Notes under the pieces: generated by a model | What the model saw: only the letters and a program-made list of their open reading frames with translations | Told to the model about the DNA's origin: nothing | Database searches by the model: none | Position numbers and translations under genes: made by a program | NCBI GenBank assembly: GCA_963771075.1 | Contig: CAVYSE010000007.1 | Span: 64,001 to 128,000, forward strand | Origin: a candidate division FCPU426 bacterium | Lineage (GTDB): Bacteria; Oederibacteriota; Muellerivitia; Muellerivitales; Muellerivitaceae | Direction of reading: 5' to 3' | DNA length: 64,000 bases | Shown: positions 1-11,387 of the stretch, piece by piece | Layout of the letters: every line of letters begins with the position of its first letter | Numbering within the stretch: the stretch's first letter is position 1

Positions 1-2082
1 ATTGCCCAACGCTTGGCCGCTTGTCTTCCTCCCGGCTCGATCGAGAACCGTCCCCAGCAAAATCAAATGGCCCAGGCGGTCGCCGACCTTCTGCGGGAAG
101 GCGGCCACCTGATGGTGGAGGCGGGTACGGGGGTGGGCAAGAGTTTTGCCTATCTGCTTCCGGCCTTGCAACACGCCCTGAGTGAAGGGGGGCCCGTCGT
201 CGTTTCCACCCACACCCTGACCCTGCAAGAACAGTTGTTTCAAAAGGACCTTCCCATCGTGATCAAGGCCCTTCAACAAGAGGGCTTGGGCCCCGTTCGG
301 GCGGTGTTGTTGAAGGGGCGGGGGAATTACCTTTCCCGCAGGCGTTTGAAGTTGGCTTTGGAAGGGAACGACCAAACCGATTTCATGGGGGAAGGCGAGG
401 TTCTCTTCAAACTCCAGGAATGGACGGCCACTTCAACCGAAGGCACACTCTCGTCGGCTCCCATTCCCATTCCAACATCGATTTGGGAGGAGGTTAAAAG
501 CGACCCCTACCATTGCCTAGGGCCCCAATGTCCCACCTTCGATACCTGCTTTTACCACTCGACCCGTAAGAAGGCCTACCAGGCGCACCTGATCCTGGTG
601 AATCACGCCCTGCTGCTGGCCGACCTGGCCCTGAAAATGGAATCCGAACAGGGGGTTCTCCCTCCCTATCAAACCTTGATCGTGGATGAGGCGCACCATC
701 TACCCGCGCTCGCGTCGGAGCACTTGGCGACCACGTTCAGTTTCTCGGAATGCCAAGGCTTGATGAGACGTCTCCTTTTTACCGACGAGAAGGCTCCGGG
801 CGGCAAGGGACTCTTTGCCGCCATTCCCACCGCCGGGGCGGGGGAGGCGGTTGCTGATTTCAAATCGAGTTTCCACGATTTTTTTTCGGATTTAGGCAGG
901 GGCCTGGCCGATCAATCGGGAAGATTAAAGGCGGCCCGCCTGCCCGACCCTCCCCCGCCCATGGGTGACCTGGCCAGGTCGCTGGGTCGCTTGGAATCCC
1001 TCCTGGAGGACGCCGCCGAAACCGCGCCCACGGAAGAACTGGAATTGGAAGCCAAGGGGACTCGGGAAGAATGCCGTGAGTTGGTTCGCCGCCTTTCCTA
1101 TATCCTGGAAAGGGGTTGGGGTGAGGATGCCTGTTATCTCATGGAACCCGATGCTTACGCCTATAAAAAAGGTGAAATCCGCGCCGCCTCGATACGCGCG
1201 GTGCCCCTGGATTCCTCCGAACTGCTCAAGGAACACCTGCTTTCCTCTGTTAAAAGCGCCGTTTTCACCAGCGCCACCCTCTCGGTCGGGGACGATTTTT
1301 CCTATTTCCGCCATGCCTTAGGGTTGGACGAGGATTCGGGATCGGGGCGGGTCAAGTCCCTGAGGGTCGGGTCACCCTTTGATTTCCGCAAACAAGTGAC
1401 GATGTTCCTCCCACGGTCCATGCCACATCCCCGCCGGGAAGAGGAAAAATACAATCGGGAGGTGGTCGAATACATCCGGGCATCCCTCAAACAGTCCCAC
1501 GGTAAAGCCTTCGTGCTATTCACCAGTTTCAAGATGATGCGCCAGGTGTCGGAGGCTATCCGTGAGGATCTGGACGCCCTCGGAATCACCCTTTTAGTCC
1601 AAGGGGAAGAGGGATGGGACCGAACCCGACTTTTGAAGGTTTTTCGGGAAGATATCCACTCGGTTCTATTGGGGGTTAATAGTTTCTGGGAGGGGGTGGA
1701 CGTCCCGGGAGAGGCTCTTTCCAACCTGATCATCACCAAGCTGCCCTTCCAGGTTCCCGAGGGCCCATTGGTGGAGGCTCGCCACGCCCGAATGAAGGAG
1801 CAGGGTATGGAGCCCTTTCAGGTTGAGAGCCTGCCGGAAGCGGTATTGAGGCTTAAACAGGGGTTTGGCCGATTGATCCGAAGCGCGACCGATGTGGGGA
1901 CGGTTACCCTTTTGGATCCGCGGGTTACCACCGAGCGGTGGGGCCGGATCTTCCTGGATTCCTTACCCGATTGCGAGAAGGTTTTTTTGTCGAAGCCCGG
2001 GAAACCGGAACCCTATCTTCCCATCGATTTTTCCCCGGCCCAGAACGCCAAACGGCGGGCCCGGCCCCGCATGAAAGAATGA
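1..2082 (+). CDS. DinG/YoaA-family ATP-dependent DNA helicase (5' end probably outside window)
   Basis: EAGTGVGKS Walker A, DEAH box, KGRGNY and LFTS motifs, SFWEGVDVPG, QGFGRLIRS. The frame is open from base 1. Confidence 0.9.
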   Translation: MAQRLAACLPPGSIENRPQQNQMAQAVADLLREGGHLMVEAGTGVGKSFAYLLPALQHALSEGGPVVVSTHTLTLQEQLFQKDLPIVIKALQQEGLGPVRAVLLKGRGNYLSRRRLKLALEGNDQTDFMGEGEVLFKLQEWTATSTEGTLSSAPIPIPTSIWEEVKSDPYHCLGPQCPTFDTCFYHSTRKKAYQAHLILVNHALLLADLALKMESEQGVLPPYQTLIVDEAHHLPALASEHLATTFSFSECQGLMRRLLFTDEKAPGGKGLFAAIPTAGAGEAVADFKSSFHDFFSDLGRGLADQSGRLKAARLPDPPPPMGDLARSLGRLESLLEDAAETAPTEELELEAKGTREECRELVRRLSYILERGWGEDACYLMEPDAYAYKKGEIRAASIRAVPLDSSELLKEHLLSSVKSAVFTSATLSVGDDFSYFRHALGLDEDSGSGRVKSLRVGSPFDFRKQVTMFLPRSMPHPRREEEKYNREVVEYIRASLKQSHGKAFVLFTSFKMMRQVSEAIREDLDALGITLLVQGEEGWDRTRLLKVFREDIHSVLLGVNSFWEGVDVPGEALSNLIITKLPFQVPEGPLVEARHARMKEQGMEPFQVESLPEAVLRLKQGFGRLIRSATDVGTVTLLDPRVTTERWGRIFLDSLPDCEKVFLSKPGKPEPYLPIDFSPAQNAKRRARPRMKE

Positions 2083-2190
2083 TCGTGACCGCGGCGACGG
2101 TGACGAAACCCTGAATTGAGGTTGACCGGTTGAATTCTAATTGATCCTTTCATTGTTGAACCGACTTCGATTGAGGGTAAAATAAAGCCC

Positions 2191-3252
2191 ATGTCCCGGC
2201 CTCCCTCCTCATCCCCAAAAGAAGCCAAATCACCTCCAGCGGAAATTCGTCTCTTGGACTCAGCCGTTCCGGGAGGGGAGGATGAACCCACCCTTAGGCC
2301 CCAGTATCTGGCCGAATATGTGGGCCAGACCGCCCTGAAAGAATCCCTTTTGATCGCCCTGAAGGCGGCCCAACAACGGAAGGAAGCCTTGGAGCATCTT
2401 CTTTTATCCGGCCCGCCGGGTTTGGGAAAGACGACCCTGGCGTCCATCGTGGCGAAGGAAATGGGGGTCAATTTAAAGGCGACTTCGGGTCCCATTATCG
2501 AGCGCTCCGGCGACTTGGCCGCCCTCCTGACCAATCTCCAGCCCTTTGACCTGCTGTTCATTGACGAAATTCACCGTTTGCCGAGAGTCGTGGAAGAGGT
2601 GCTCTACCCCGCCATGGAGGATTTTCAGCTCGATATCATGATCGGCAAGGGCCCCACGGCCCGCGCCATCCGTCTTCAATTACCCCCCTTTACCCTGGTG
2701 GGCGCCACGACCCGGGCGGGAAAGGTCAGCGCGCCCTTGCGGGACCGGTTTGGGCTTTCTTTCCGCTTGGAGTTCTACCAGCCGAGTGAATTGATGGAAA
2801 TCGTCCGCCGCTCGGCCCATGTGTTAAAAATGGATTTAACCGAGGATGGGGCCCAGGAAGTGGCCCTCCGGTCCCGGGGAACACCCCGCCTGGCGAACCG
2901 GCTCCTGCGCCGGGTCCGGGATTTTGCCGAGGTCAAACGAAAGGGAAAGGTGGACCGGGAAGTCGCCGATGCCGCCCTTCGCCTGTTGGAGGTCGATGCC
3001 CTGGGGTTGGACCGGATGGATCGCCGTATCCTTGCCAGCGTGATCGAAAAATATTCAGGCGGCCCGGTCGGGGTGGATACCCTTGCCCTTTCCGTTGGCG
3101 AAGAGCCGGAGACGGTGGAAGATGTCTATGAACCCTTTTTGGTTCAAATGGGTTTCCTGCAGCGTACCCCCAATGGACGGAAAGCCACGGCCCTGGCCTA
3201 CAAGCACCTTTCGCTGACCCCGCCCCCTGAAATTCAAGGAAGCCTATTATGA
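2191..3252 (+). CDS. ruvB: Holliday junction branch migration helicase RuvB
   Basis: [42 protein letters not shown] motifs. Confidence 0.97.
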   Translation: MSRPPSSSPKEAKSPPAEIRLLDSAVPGGEDEPTLRPQYLAEYVGQTALKESLLIALKAAQQRKEALEHLLLSGPPGLGKTTLASIVAKEMGVNLKATSGPIIERSGDLAALLTNLQPFDLLFIDEIHRLPRVVEEVLYPAMEDFQLDIMIGKGPTARAIRLQLPPFTLVGATTRAGKVSAPLRDRFGLSFRLEFYQPSELMEIVRRSAHVLKMDLTEDGAQEVALRSRGTPRLANRLLRRVRDFAEVKRKGKVDREVADAALRLLEVDALGLDRMDRRILASVIEKYSGGPVGVDTLALSVGEEPETVEDVYEPFLVQMGFLQRTPNGRKATALAYKHLSLTPPPEIQGSLL

Positions 3253-4526
3253 ACGGCCAAAACCTGCGGCTCCCCAAAAAATCCGAGGTTTTTCTCTTCG
3301 GTACCATCACCCTGATGGGAGTGGTCATCGGTTTGGCCTTTCCCCTCCTGAATTATTTCAAACCCGCCAGTCATTTCTGGTTTTACGTCATCTGTGTTCT
3401 TTCGGGGGTCTTTGCCTCCGGGTTGATCCTGCTGGTCGTGCAAAAAATAGTCCTTCATCCCCTGGAGGAATTTTTGGAAGCCATGGAGCGGGTCTCCGAG
3501 GGAAACCTGCAGGTGAAGGTCGTCGGAAAGTACTCGGGTGATTTTGAGGCCCTGGCCCGGCATTTCAACGTCATGCTGGATTCCCTGAGGGCCTCCGTGC
3601 TTCAGCTGAAGAACAGCTCCCAGGAAACCCTTCTCCTGGCCCAGCAGCTGACCCAGACCATCCAGCAAATGCATGGCGCAACGGAGGAAGTATCCTCCAC
3701 CATTCAAAACATCTCCCGGGGAGCGGAAGACCAGGCGTTAAAGGTACAGGAAGCCTTTAATATCATCGATAAAATGGCGGGCAACATCCAGACATCCGCC
3801 GAGCTCCTGAACAACTCGGGTAAGGTCGTTGCCCGGGCGGTCAACGCCTCCGAAGCGGGCAGCCGGTCCTTCCAAAAGACGATCCAACAAATGCGGTCCA
3901 TCCACGAAGTGGTCCAAAGCTCCACCCGGGAAGTCACCGAATTGGGCAATCGTTCCAAGCAGATCGGAAAGGTGGTGGACGTGATCACCCAAATCGCCGA
4001 CCAGACCAACCTGTTGGCCCTGAACGCGGCCATTGAGGCGGCCCGGAGCGGGGAATACGGACGGGGTTTCGCGGTGGTGGCGGAGGAAGTCAAGAAGCTG
4101 GCCGATGGATCGGCGGAAGCCGCCAACAAGATTTCGGTGATCATCCGGGAAATCCAAAAGGAAATCGCCGGGGTGGTGACCACCATGAGCGAAGGAGCGG
4201 AGAAAGTTACAGAAGGTTTGGTGGTGGTGACCGAGGGCGGGGAAGCCCTCAAGGAGATCCAGGGCACTTCGGACGAGGTCGTCAAACAGGTGCAGGAAAT
4301 CTCCAAATCCTTCGAGAACCAAGCGGATCAGGCATCGAGCGTGGTGGAAGCTATCACCAATATCGTGGCGGTTTCCGAGGAGAACGCTTCGGCCACGGAG
4401 GAAATATCAGCTTCCACCGAGGAACTCACCGCTTCCATGGAATCGATGGTCGCGGCCGCCCGCCAGCTGGAAGGTGTGGCCCAGCGATTGAAGGATGCCG
4501 CGGCTAATTTTAAGGATGTCGGCTGA
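3249..4526 (+). CDS. Methyl-accepting chemotaxis protein (2 TM, HAMP, signalling domain)
   Basis: [37 protein letters not shown] signalling hairpin. Two N-terminal TM helices with almost no extracytoplasmic loop. Confidence 0.93.
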   Translation: MNGQNLRLPKKSEVFLFGTITLMGVVIGLAFPLLNYFKPASHFWFYVICVLSGVFASGLILLVVQKIVLHPLEEFLEAMERVSEGNLQVKVVGKYSGDFEALARHFNVMLDSLRASVLQLKNSSQETLLLAQQLTQTIQQMHGATEEVSSTIQNISRGAEDQALKVQEAFNIIDKMAGNIQTSAELLNNSGKVVARAVNASEAGSRSFQKTIQQMRSIHEVVQSSTREVTELGNRSKQIGKVVDVITQIADQTNLLALNAAIEAARSGEYGRGFAVVAEEVKKLADGSAEAANKISVIIREIQKEIAGVVTTMSEGAEKVTEGLVVVTEGGEALKEIQGTSDEVVKQVQEISKSFENQADQASSVVEAITNIVAVSEENASATEEISASTEELTASMESMVAAARQLEGVAQRLKDAAANFKDVG

Positions 4527-4650
4527 GAAACCGCCTTTTCAGTGGCAAACCCCTTGAAAATAAGAGAAAAGTGTTTATATTTCATGTCGGCCGTTTATAG
4601 CTTTGAAGGTTTATTGCTGTTGTTAATAACTTAACCCAAAGGTCCTGCCC

Positions 4651-5595
4651 ATGATCGAAGTCAAAGACCTCGTGAAGATTTACGGAACCACGACTGCCGT
4701 GGACCGGGTGACCTTTTCCGTGCCCAAGGGTACCATCCTGGGCCTGCTGGGCCCCAATGGAGCCGGAAAAACAACCACGATGAGGGTGATCACCACCTCC
4801 CTTCCTCCCAACGGCGGAAAGGTATCCGTGGCGGGCTATGATGTAGCCGATGCCCCCCAGGAAATCCGCAAACGAATTGGTTATCTTCCGGAAATCCCCC
4901 CCATCTATGGGGATATGACCATCATGAATTACCTCAAGTTCGTCGCGGATATTAAGGATATTCCCAGGGAAAAGAAAACCGACCGGATCGGGGAGGTTTT
5001 GGAGATGCTTTCCCTGGACGATATCAGCCGACGCCTCATTTCCCATCTTTCCCTGGGTTACCGCCAAAGGGTGGGATTAGCCCAGGCCCTGATCCATGAC
5101 CCGGATGTGCTGATTTTGGACGAGCCTACCCGGGGTTTGGACCCCAAGCAAATCCTCGAGATCCGCAAGCTCATCAAGTCCCTGAGCGGCCAGAAAACCA
5201 TCATCCTTTCGACCCATATCCTGCCGGAAGTAGCTTCCACCTGCGATAACGTGGTGATCATCGACCAGGGCAAGGTGGTCGCGGCGGATACGGTGGAGAA
5301 CCTGTCCCAGAAGCTGGAAGGCGCCAAAACGCTGGATGTGGAGATCAAGGGGCCCGCGGCGGACGTGAAGGCGGCCCTGGAGAAGGCGTCCGGGGTCTCG
5401 GCGGTCAAGGTGTTGGGCAAGGAAAGCCGGGGCGCCACCAAGTTCGAGGTGATCACCGACGGAAGCAATGAGGCACGGGAGGCGCTCTTTAATTGCGTGG
5501 TTAAGAACAAATGGGTCCTCTACCAATTAAGCCCGGTGGGCATGAGCCTGGAAGACGTTTTCTTGAAACTTACCACAAAGGAATCCGCCTCATGA
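4651..5595 (+). CDS. ABC transporter ATP-binding protein (GldA-like)
   Basis: GPNGAGKTT, LSLGYRQRVGLAQA, LILDEPT. Confidence 0.92.
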   Translation: MIEVKDLVKIYGTTTAVDRVTFSVPKGTILGLLGPNGAGKTTTMRVITTSLPPNGGKVSVAGYDVADAPQEIRKRIGYLPEIPPIYGDMTIMNYLKFVADIKDIPREKKTDRIGEVLEMLSLDDISRRLISHLSLGYRQRVGLAQALIHDPDVLILDEPTRGLDPKQILEIRKLIKSLSGQKTIILSTHILPEVASTCDNVVIIDQGKVVAADTVENLSQKLEGAKTLDVEIKGPAADVKAALEKASGVSAVKVLGKESRGATKFEVITDGSNEAREALFNCVVKNKWVLYQLSPVGMSLEDVFLKLTTKESAS

Positions 5596-5677
5596 CCCGA
5601 TATTCAGTGAACCTCCCGAGGACATCGGGTCAATACCGACATTCTTTATATATTCATTTTTTCATAGGAGAGTCGGC

Positions 5678-6391
5678 ATGAACCCCAGAAAAATTTCGGC
5701 TTTAATGCAGAAGGATTTGACCCAATATTTCGCCTCCCCGATGGGTTATTTGGTTTTGACTGTTTATTTCCTGGTCGGTGGTTTTTTCTTCTGGCTGATC
5801 GCGATCCAAAGCCGAAGCGCCACCATGACCCCGGTTTTCCAGAACACGGTGATCCTGCTTCTTTTCATCACCCCCATGATCACCATGCGCCTCTGGTCGG
5901 AAGAGGAAAAGTCGGGCACGGCGGAACTGCTTTGCACCTCCCCCCTTTCCCTGTGGGATATCGTCCTGGCCAAGTATTTCGCGGCCATGGCTTTTTTCGG
6001 CGCCATGCTGTTATCCACGATTATTTACCTGGTGATCATGCTGGCTTCCGGAAACCCGGATTTGGGGCCGGTTACCGCTAACTACATTGGCTACATCTTG
6101 GCCGCGGGGGCATTCTTTTCCTTGGGCTTGTTTGCCTCCACCCTGAGCGAAAACCAGATCGTCTCGGCCGTCATCGCTTATGGGATTCTCCTGATGCTTT
6201 GGGTGATCGGAGCCGCCGGGGCGAATGTACAGGGACCCTTGGGGGATTTCCTGAAATACATATCGGTTTTCGAGCACTTGGATGATTTCTTCAAGGGCGT
6301 GGTGGACTTGACGCACGTCTTTTATTTCTTGAGCATCATCTTTTTGGGACTTTTCCTTTCGGTGAAGGTCCTGGAAAGCAAGAGGAGTTAA
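5678..6391 (+). CDS. ABC-2 type permease (GldF-like)
   Basis: Six hydrophobic segments, MRLWSEEEKSGTAELL motif, operon context. Confidence 0.88.
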   Translation: MNPRKISALMQKDLTQYFASPMGYLVLTVYFLVGGFFFWLIAIQSRSATMTPVFQNTVILLLFITPMITMRLWSEEEKSGTAELLCTSPLSLWDIVLAKYFAAMAFFGAMLLSTIIYLVIMLASGNPDLGPVTANYIGYILAAGAFFSLGLFASTLSENQIVSAVIAYGILLMLWVIGAAGANVQGPLGDFLKYISVFEHLDDFFKGVVDLTHVFYFLSIIFLGLFLSVKVLESKRS

Positions 6392-6393
6392 CC

Positions 6394-8010
6394 TTGGCCC
6401 CAACATCCTTCCTACTCAAAGTCCGAGCCTATAACCAGCCCCTGGCGATCACGGGCCTGGGTCTCGTGGCGGTCGGTATTCTTGCGGTGCAGATATTCAA
6501 CACGGCGAATTGGTGGAATCTCACCCTCGTGGGCTTGGGCTTGGTAGCGCTGGTGCTGTTCTTCGTGGCCAACCAGGCCACGGTGAAGGAAGTGGGCAAA
6601 AAGCGCTCGACCCTCGTTCGCGCCAACTTAAGCTTATGGGTGCTGGTCATGGTGGGCATCGTTTGCGGCTTGAACTACGTGATCTCCCGCCACCCGGTCC
6701 GGTTCGACTTGACCTCGAACAAACTCTATACCCTCGCGGACCAGACCAAGGATGCCTTAAAGGCCCTCAAGCAGGATGTCAATGTCTCCATGTTCATTTC
6801 CAACAAGAAGCAGACCAACGTCCAGGGTGAAGTGGTCCGGGCGCAACAGCTTTTGAAGGAATATGAAAAGATCAACAACAAGTTCCATTTCAAGGTCGTC
6901 GACGTGGATCAAAACCCATCGGAAGCCAAACGGCTGGGCATTCACGAGTACAACACGGTCGTGTTCGAAAGCGGGGATAACCGCAAGGATGTGCTCCAGC
7001 GGGATTATGTGACCTATTCCCTGCAGGGCCGCCAGCCCGTGCCGAAGTTCCAGGGCGAGGGAGCTTTTACGGCTGCACTCGTCAACATGAGCGACACCAC
7101 CCATCCTGTTTTCTATTTCACCGAGGGCCACGGTGAAAAGGAAATGAACAACCCCCAGCCGGAAGGGTTCAACACCTTCAAGGATATGCTGTCCCAGCAA
7201 AACTATACGGTGAAGACCGTCAACCTCCTGACCGGCGGGAAGATCCCCGACGACGCGACGGGTTTGGCCATCGTGGGCCCCACCCACCCCTTCCAGCCGG
7301 CCGAATCGGCCTTGATCGACGACTACCTAAAAAAAGGCGGGAAACTGGTTCTATGCGTGGACCCGGGCGTCAAGGTGGGGTTGGAACCCGTTCTCAACGA
7401 TTTTGGCATCAAGCTGGGCAATGACCTCATCGTGGACCAGACCAGTTACGCGTTTCCGGATGTGAGGGTGGTCATCCCCCAGTATCTTTCCCAGCCCATC
7501 GTGGACAAACTTTCTGAAAATCACATCGCTTCCATGATGCCCTATGGACGGACCGTGCAAGGCCAGACGCCCGCTTTGAAGGAGGTGACCCAAGCGCCTA
7601 TCATGCAAACGACCGACAAGGGATGGGCCTTGAAGGATTTGAAAGCCAAGAGTTTGAGCTTTCGCGCAGGGATCGACACCAAGGGACCGGTCACCATGGC
7701 CCTGGCCTGCGAGTATGTCCTGCCCACGGATGCCACGAAAAAGGCCAGGGTGGTGGTTTTTGGAGACTCGAATTTCTTCACGAACCAATTCCTCCAGGGG
7801 CCGGCCAACCTGGACCTGGGGCTCAATACCTTTAGCTGGGCCGCGGTAGTGGAAAACAAGATCACCATCCACCCCAAGGAAGACTCCATGCGGGTCATGA
7901 ACCTCTCCAATGTGGGCGCCAACTTTATCTATGATTTGACGGTTTGGGTAATGCCCATTGCGATCCTGGCCCTGGGCGGATGGGTCTGGTACCGCCGCCG
8001 TTCCCTATGA
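6394..8010 (+). CDS. GldG-family ABC auxiliary component
   Basis: RFDLT..K.YTL, YFTEGHGE, VVVFGDSNF motifs and a C-terminal TM ending in RRR. TTG start. Confidence 0.85.
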   Translation: MAPTSFLLKVRAYNQPLAITGLGLVAVGILAVQIFNTANWWNLTLVGLGLVALVLFFVANQATVKEVGKKRSTLVRANLSLWVLVMVGIVCGLNYVISRHPVRFDLTSNKLYTLADQTKDALKALKQDVNVSMFISNKKQTNVQGEVVRAQQLLKEYEKINNKFHFKVVDVDQNPSEAKRLGIHEYNTVVFESGDNRKDVLQRDYVTYSLQGRQPVPKFQGEGAFTAALVNMSDTTHPVFYFTEGHGEKEMNNPQPEGFNTFKDMLSQQNYTVKTVNLLTGGKIPDDATGLAIVGPTHPFQPAESALIDDYLKKGGKLVLCVDPGVKVGLEPVLNDFGIKLGNDLIVDQTSYAFPDVRVVIPQYLSQPIVDKLSENHIASMMPYGRTVQGQTPALKEVTQAPIMQTTDKGWALKDLKAKSLSFRAGIDTKGPVTMALACEYVLPTDATKKARVVVFGDSNFFTNQFLQGPANLDLGLNTFSWAAVVENKITIHPKEDSMRVMNLSNVGANFIYDLTVWVMPIAILALGGWVWYRRRSL

Positions 8011-9386
8011 AAAACCTCACTCAAACCTTCATCCTGCTCGGCGTGGGCCTGGCCCTGGCCGCCTATATCTTTATTTTCGAGAGGGGACCGGTCAAGGATT
8101 CCTCCGCGAAAAAAGACAAGGTTTTCGCCAATTTCGTGGCGGATGACGTGCAGGATATTGAAGTGGAATACGGCTCCAACACCCTGGCCGCTTCCCAGAC
8201 CCAGGGTAAGCCCAACCTATCCCTGAAGAAAGACGAGAAGGGTATCTGGCAGATCACCCAGCCGGTGCAGTTGAAGGCCGATGAGACCATCGTGCGCCAG
8301 TCCCTGACCAGCTTGGGCCAGATGGACCCGGATGACGTTATGAAAACTCCGGGGAACCTTTCGGATTATGGACTCACCCATCCCTCTGCCAAAATTACCT
8401 TTATCTCCAAGGGAAAGGCCCCGGATGTTTTGTGGGTGGGAGACAAGACCATCAATAGCGCCGATTACTACTGCATGAATCCCGCCTCGAAGATCCTTTA
8501 CCTGATCCAGCCTTATGTCCCGGAGGGGTTCTTGAAAACCCCCAATGAGTTCCGCGAGCACGCCCTGATCAAAACCGACCAGGTCACGGCCCAGAAAATT
8601 GAGGTGGACTATCACGGAAAAACCATGGTTTTGGCCAAGGATGACAAGAACGCGTGGAATATCGAAAAACCCATCCAGGAAAAGGCCGATCCCGCAAAGG
8701 TGCGGGATCTTTTAAACCAGATCAATACCACGAAGGTCGCCGAGTTTGTCGATGACAACCCCAAGTCTTTGGCGCCTTACGGCCTGAACTCTCCCAAGGC
8801 TTCCATCACCATCTGGCCCGCCGACCATACACCGCCTACCACGATTTTGTTGGGCCGTCAAAAATTGAAATCGACCGACCTATTCGCCAAGTTAAGCGGC
8901 CAGAGCCCTGTTTTCCAATTGGGCGCCTTTATCGACACCTGGCTTAATTTCAAGGTCAATGATTACCGGGATAAAACGGTGATGACTTTTGATTCCGCGC
9001 AGGTCAAGAACCTGACAGTCCATCACAACCAACAGATTTTTACCTACCAAAAAGATACCAAGGACCAATGGACCTGCCAGGGCCGTTTGCAGGCCCAAAA
9101 CGAAGCCTCTTCCATCATCTCGGACCTGAGCCAAACCAACATCGCCAGTTTTGTTGAGCCGAAGACACAAACCGGTATTGAGAATCCCTCCTACCTGGTG
9201 GAAGTGACCCTCAATGATGGCACGGTTCGGCGCTATCGATACGGGCGCAGGGAAAAGGAGCAGGTCTACCTTGCTTCCGACCAGGGAAAGGATACCTACC
9301 TGGTATCCAACAATACGGTAACCCTTTTGGAAGGTTACTTCAGCGTTCTCATGACCCCAATTCCGGCAACGGCCCCGAAAAAATAA
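8007..9386 (+). CDS. DUF4340-type periplasmic protein
   Basis: ATGA overlap with the upstream gene, N-terminal TM anchor, repeated W....P...KAD / YGL..P units, typical fourth gene of Gld-like ABC operons. Confidence 0.75.
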   Translation: MKNLTQTFILLGVGLALAAYIFIFERGPVKDSSAKKDKVFANFVADDVQDIEVEYGSNTLAASQTQGKPNLSLKKDEKGIWQITQPVQLKADETIVRQSLTSLGQMDPDDVMKTPGNLSDYGLTHPSAKITFISKGKAPDVLWVGDKTINSADYYCMNPASKILYLIQPYVPEGFLKTPNEFREHALIKTDQVTAQKIEVDYHGKTMVLAKDDKNAWNIEKPIQEKADPAKVRDLLNQINTTKVAEFVDDNPKSLAPYGLNSPKASITIWPADHTPPTTILLGRQKLKSTDLFAKLSGQSPVFQLGAFIDTWLNFKVNDYRDKTVMTFDSAQVKNLTVHHNQQIFTYQKDTKDQWTCQGRLQAQNEASSIISDLSQTNIASFVEPKTQTGIENPSYLVEVTLNDGTVRRYRYGRREKEQVYLASDQGKDTYLVSNNTVTLLEGYFSVLMTPIPATAPKK

Positions 9387-9393
9387 TTTAAAT

Positions 9394-9609
9394 CTCAACT
9401 TTGGCAAATTCAGTATGGACACACAATATCTCACCCTCTGAAAGAGGGGGAACAAGGGGGAGTTAGCCTTTTCTTGCGGCTTTGCCAAAGACTAATACCC
9501 CCTCTCCCCCCTTTTCACCCCCATGCCCCATGTCATTCTTTCCAATGGGGTATGGGGGAAGGGGAAATTGTTCTTCACGGCGTGTCTTTCAAGATTTGCC
9601 AAAGTTGAG
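9394..9609. mobile_element. MITE copy 1 (216 bp)
   Basis: 16-bp terminal inverted repeats CTCAACTTTGGCAAAT / ATTTGCCAAAGTTGAG. Flanks TTAAAT / TGAAAT (degenerate 6-bp duplication). Homologous to 16269-16444. Confidence 0.8.
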
Positions 9610-9797
9610 TGAAATCCTAAAACTTCGCCTTTACCTCTGCGGCGCCATGAAGATTGGAAGTCATCTATTGGCTAAAAGGGAATAAAACTTATTTTAGGGT
9701 CCCTGTTTTGCTTTCTTGGCGTCTATGCGTTGAATTTGCCTTTTTTTGAACCCCGGTATCTTTCCAAAAAACATGAATCCCCCTAAAGTGTCAACCT

Positions 9798-10565
9798 ATG
9801 ACGAAACCTTCCTCTGATAAACCGCGCTATTTATTCGACCATTTGCTGGAATTGCGGCAAGTTTTGTTCCACGGCTTGGCCGCGATTACACTGGGGGTCG
9901 GCGTGGCCTTTTGGAAATCGGCGTTCCTTTTTCAAATCCTCGAGGGCCCTTACCAGCGGACCTTGTCCCATTTCTCCCAATCCGCCGCCCCCTTGGGACC
10001 GTTGAAAACCTTGGTTCCCATCGAGGCCTTCATGATCAACATGAAACTGGCTACCGCGGCCGGGATCGTCCTGGCCTCTCCTTATATTTTGTGGCGGCTT
10101 TGGATTTTCGTCGTCCCGGCCTTGAAGCCCACGGAGCGGGCGATGATTTTGGCGGTCCTGATACTGGGGCTCTTCTTTTTCACGGGAGGTATTTGCTTCA
10201 GCTACTTTCTGGTGATCCCCTTAGCCTTGGAGTTTCTATTGAAGTACAACCTGGACTATCAACTCATTCCCCAATGGACCCTTCAAGGTTACTTCGACTT
10301 CACCCTGAACTTCTCCCTGGTTTTCGGTATTCTCTTTGAATTGCCATTGGTTTTGGCGGGCCTTGCCGCCGCGGGGATCGCCACCCCCCAATTTTTGGCC
10401 CAAAAAAGGAAGCTCGCCATTTTTGCCATCTTTATCCTGGCCGCCCTCGTGGCGCCTAGCGCCGACCCGGTGACACAAACCATCGTTGCCGTGCCTTTGG
10501 TGTTTTTATATGAAGTGGGAATCTGGCTTTCTTGGCTTGTGGTCCGAAAAAAGAAAACGGCTTGA
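9798..10565 (+). CDS. tatC: Twin-arginine translocase subunit TatC
   Basis: HLLELR, FVVPALKPTER, FGILFELP, PSADP motifs; six TMs. Confidence 0.93.
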   Translation: MTKPSSDKPRYLFDHLLELRQVLFHGLAAITLGVGVAFWKSAFLFQILEGPYQRTLSHFSQSAAPLGPLKTLVPIEAFMINMKLATAAGIVLASPYILWRLWIFVVPALKPTERAMILAVLILGLFFFTGGICFSYFLVIPLALEFLLKYNLDYQLIPQWTLQGYFDFTLNFSLVFGILFELPLVLAGLAAAGIATPQFLAQKRKLAIFAIFILAALVAPSADPVTQTIVAVPLVFLYEVGIWLSWLVVRKKKTA

Positions 10566-10718
10566 AGAAACGAATTGGCCTTTAACCTGCGAGGAATAGT
10601 GTTCTGGGCCCTTCGTTGACAATTCCCGCGGGTCCGACCATAATTCCAATCGATTACCAGCCTCAATGCCCGAAAAGTCATTCCGGGGTAACGGACGATT
10701 TAAATTTGGGAGGTTAGC

Positions 10719-11369
10719 ATGAAATTTTTCTTGGATACGGCGAATCTGGACGAGATCAAGCAGGGCGTGGCCTGGGGAATCGTGGATGGAGTCACCACGA
10801 ATCCTTCCCTGGTCGCCAAGGAAGGCGTCAGCTTTCACAACCGGATCAAGGAGATCTGCGCCTTGGTCAACGGTTCGGTATCAGCCGAAGTGACCGCCAT
10901 CGATTTCGAGGGCATGATCCGGGAAGGCCACGTGTTGGCGAACCTGCACCCCAACGTCACGGTCAAGGTTCCCTTGATCCCGGATGGTATCCGGGCCTGC
11001 AAGGCGTTGAGCGCCGAGGGGATCAAGGTGAACGTGACCCTTTGTTTCTCGCCCGCCCAAGCCCTTTTAGCCGCCAAGGCGGGAGCGACCTATATCAGTC
11101 CCTTCGTGGGCCGTTTGGATGACGTGGCTTCCGACGGAATGAAGCTGGTCGAGGATATCGTCCGCATTTACGACAATTACAATTATCAAACCCAGGTCCT
11201 GGCGGCTTCCTTGCGTCACCCCGAACATATTATCCAGGCCGCCCTGATGGGAGCGGATGTCGGGACCATGCCTTTTCCGGTGATGAAGATGTTGTTCAAC
11301 CATCCCCTTACGGATATCGGGTTGAAGAAGTTCATGGAGGATTGGGAAAAGGTGAAGGGGAAAGTTTAA
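10719..11369 (+). CDS. Transaldolase / fructose-6-phosphate aldolase family protein
   Basis: [21 protein letters not shown] (Schiff-base Lys), [11 protein letters not shown]. Confidence 0.93.
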   Translation: MKFFLDTANLDEIKQGVAWGIVDGVTTNPSLVAKEGVSFHNRIKEICALVNGSVSAEVTAIDFEGMIREGHVLANLHPNVTVKVPLIPDGIRACKALSAEGIKVNVTLCFSPAQALLAAKAGATYISPFVGRLDDVASDGMKLVEDIVRIYDNYNYQTQVLAASLRHPEHIIQAALMGADVGTMPFPVMKMLFNHPLTDIGLKKFMEDWEKVKGKV

Positions 11370-11387
11370 TCGGCTGCCCGGCTCACC

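Noticed and set aside
2110..2185. Repeated TTGA words upstream of ruvB as an SOS box
   Set aside because: Irregular spacing and no convincing palindrome; no matching motif seen before uvrB.
4651..9386. Gliding motility machinery
   Set aside because: GldA/F/G-like ABC operons are widespread outside gliding Bacteroidota; no T9SS genes here.
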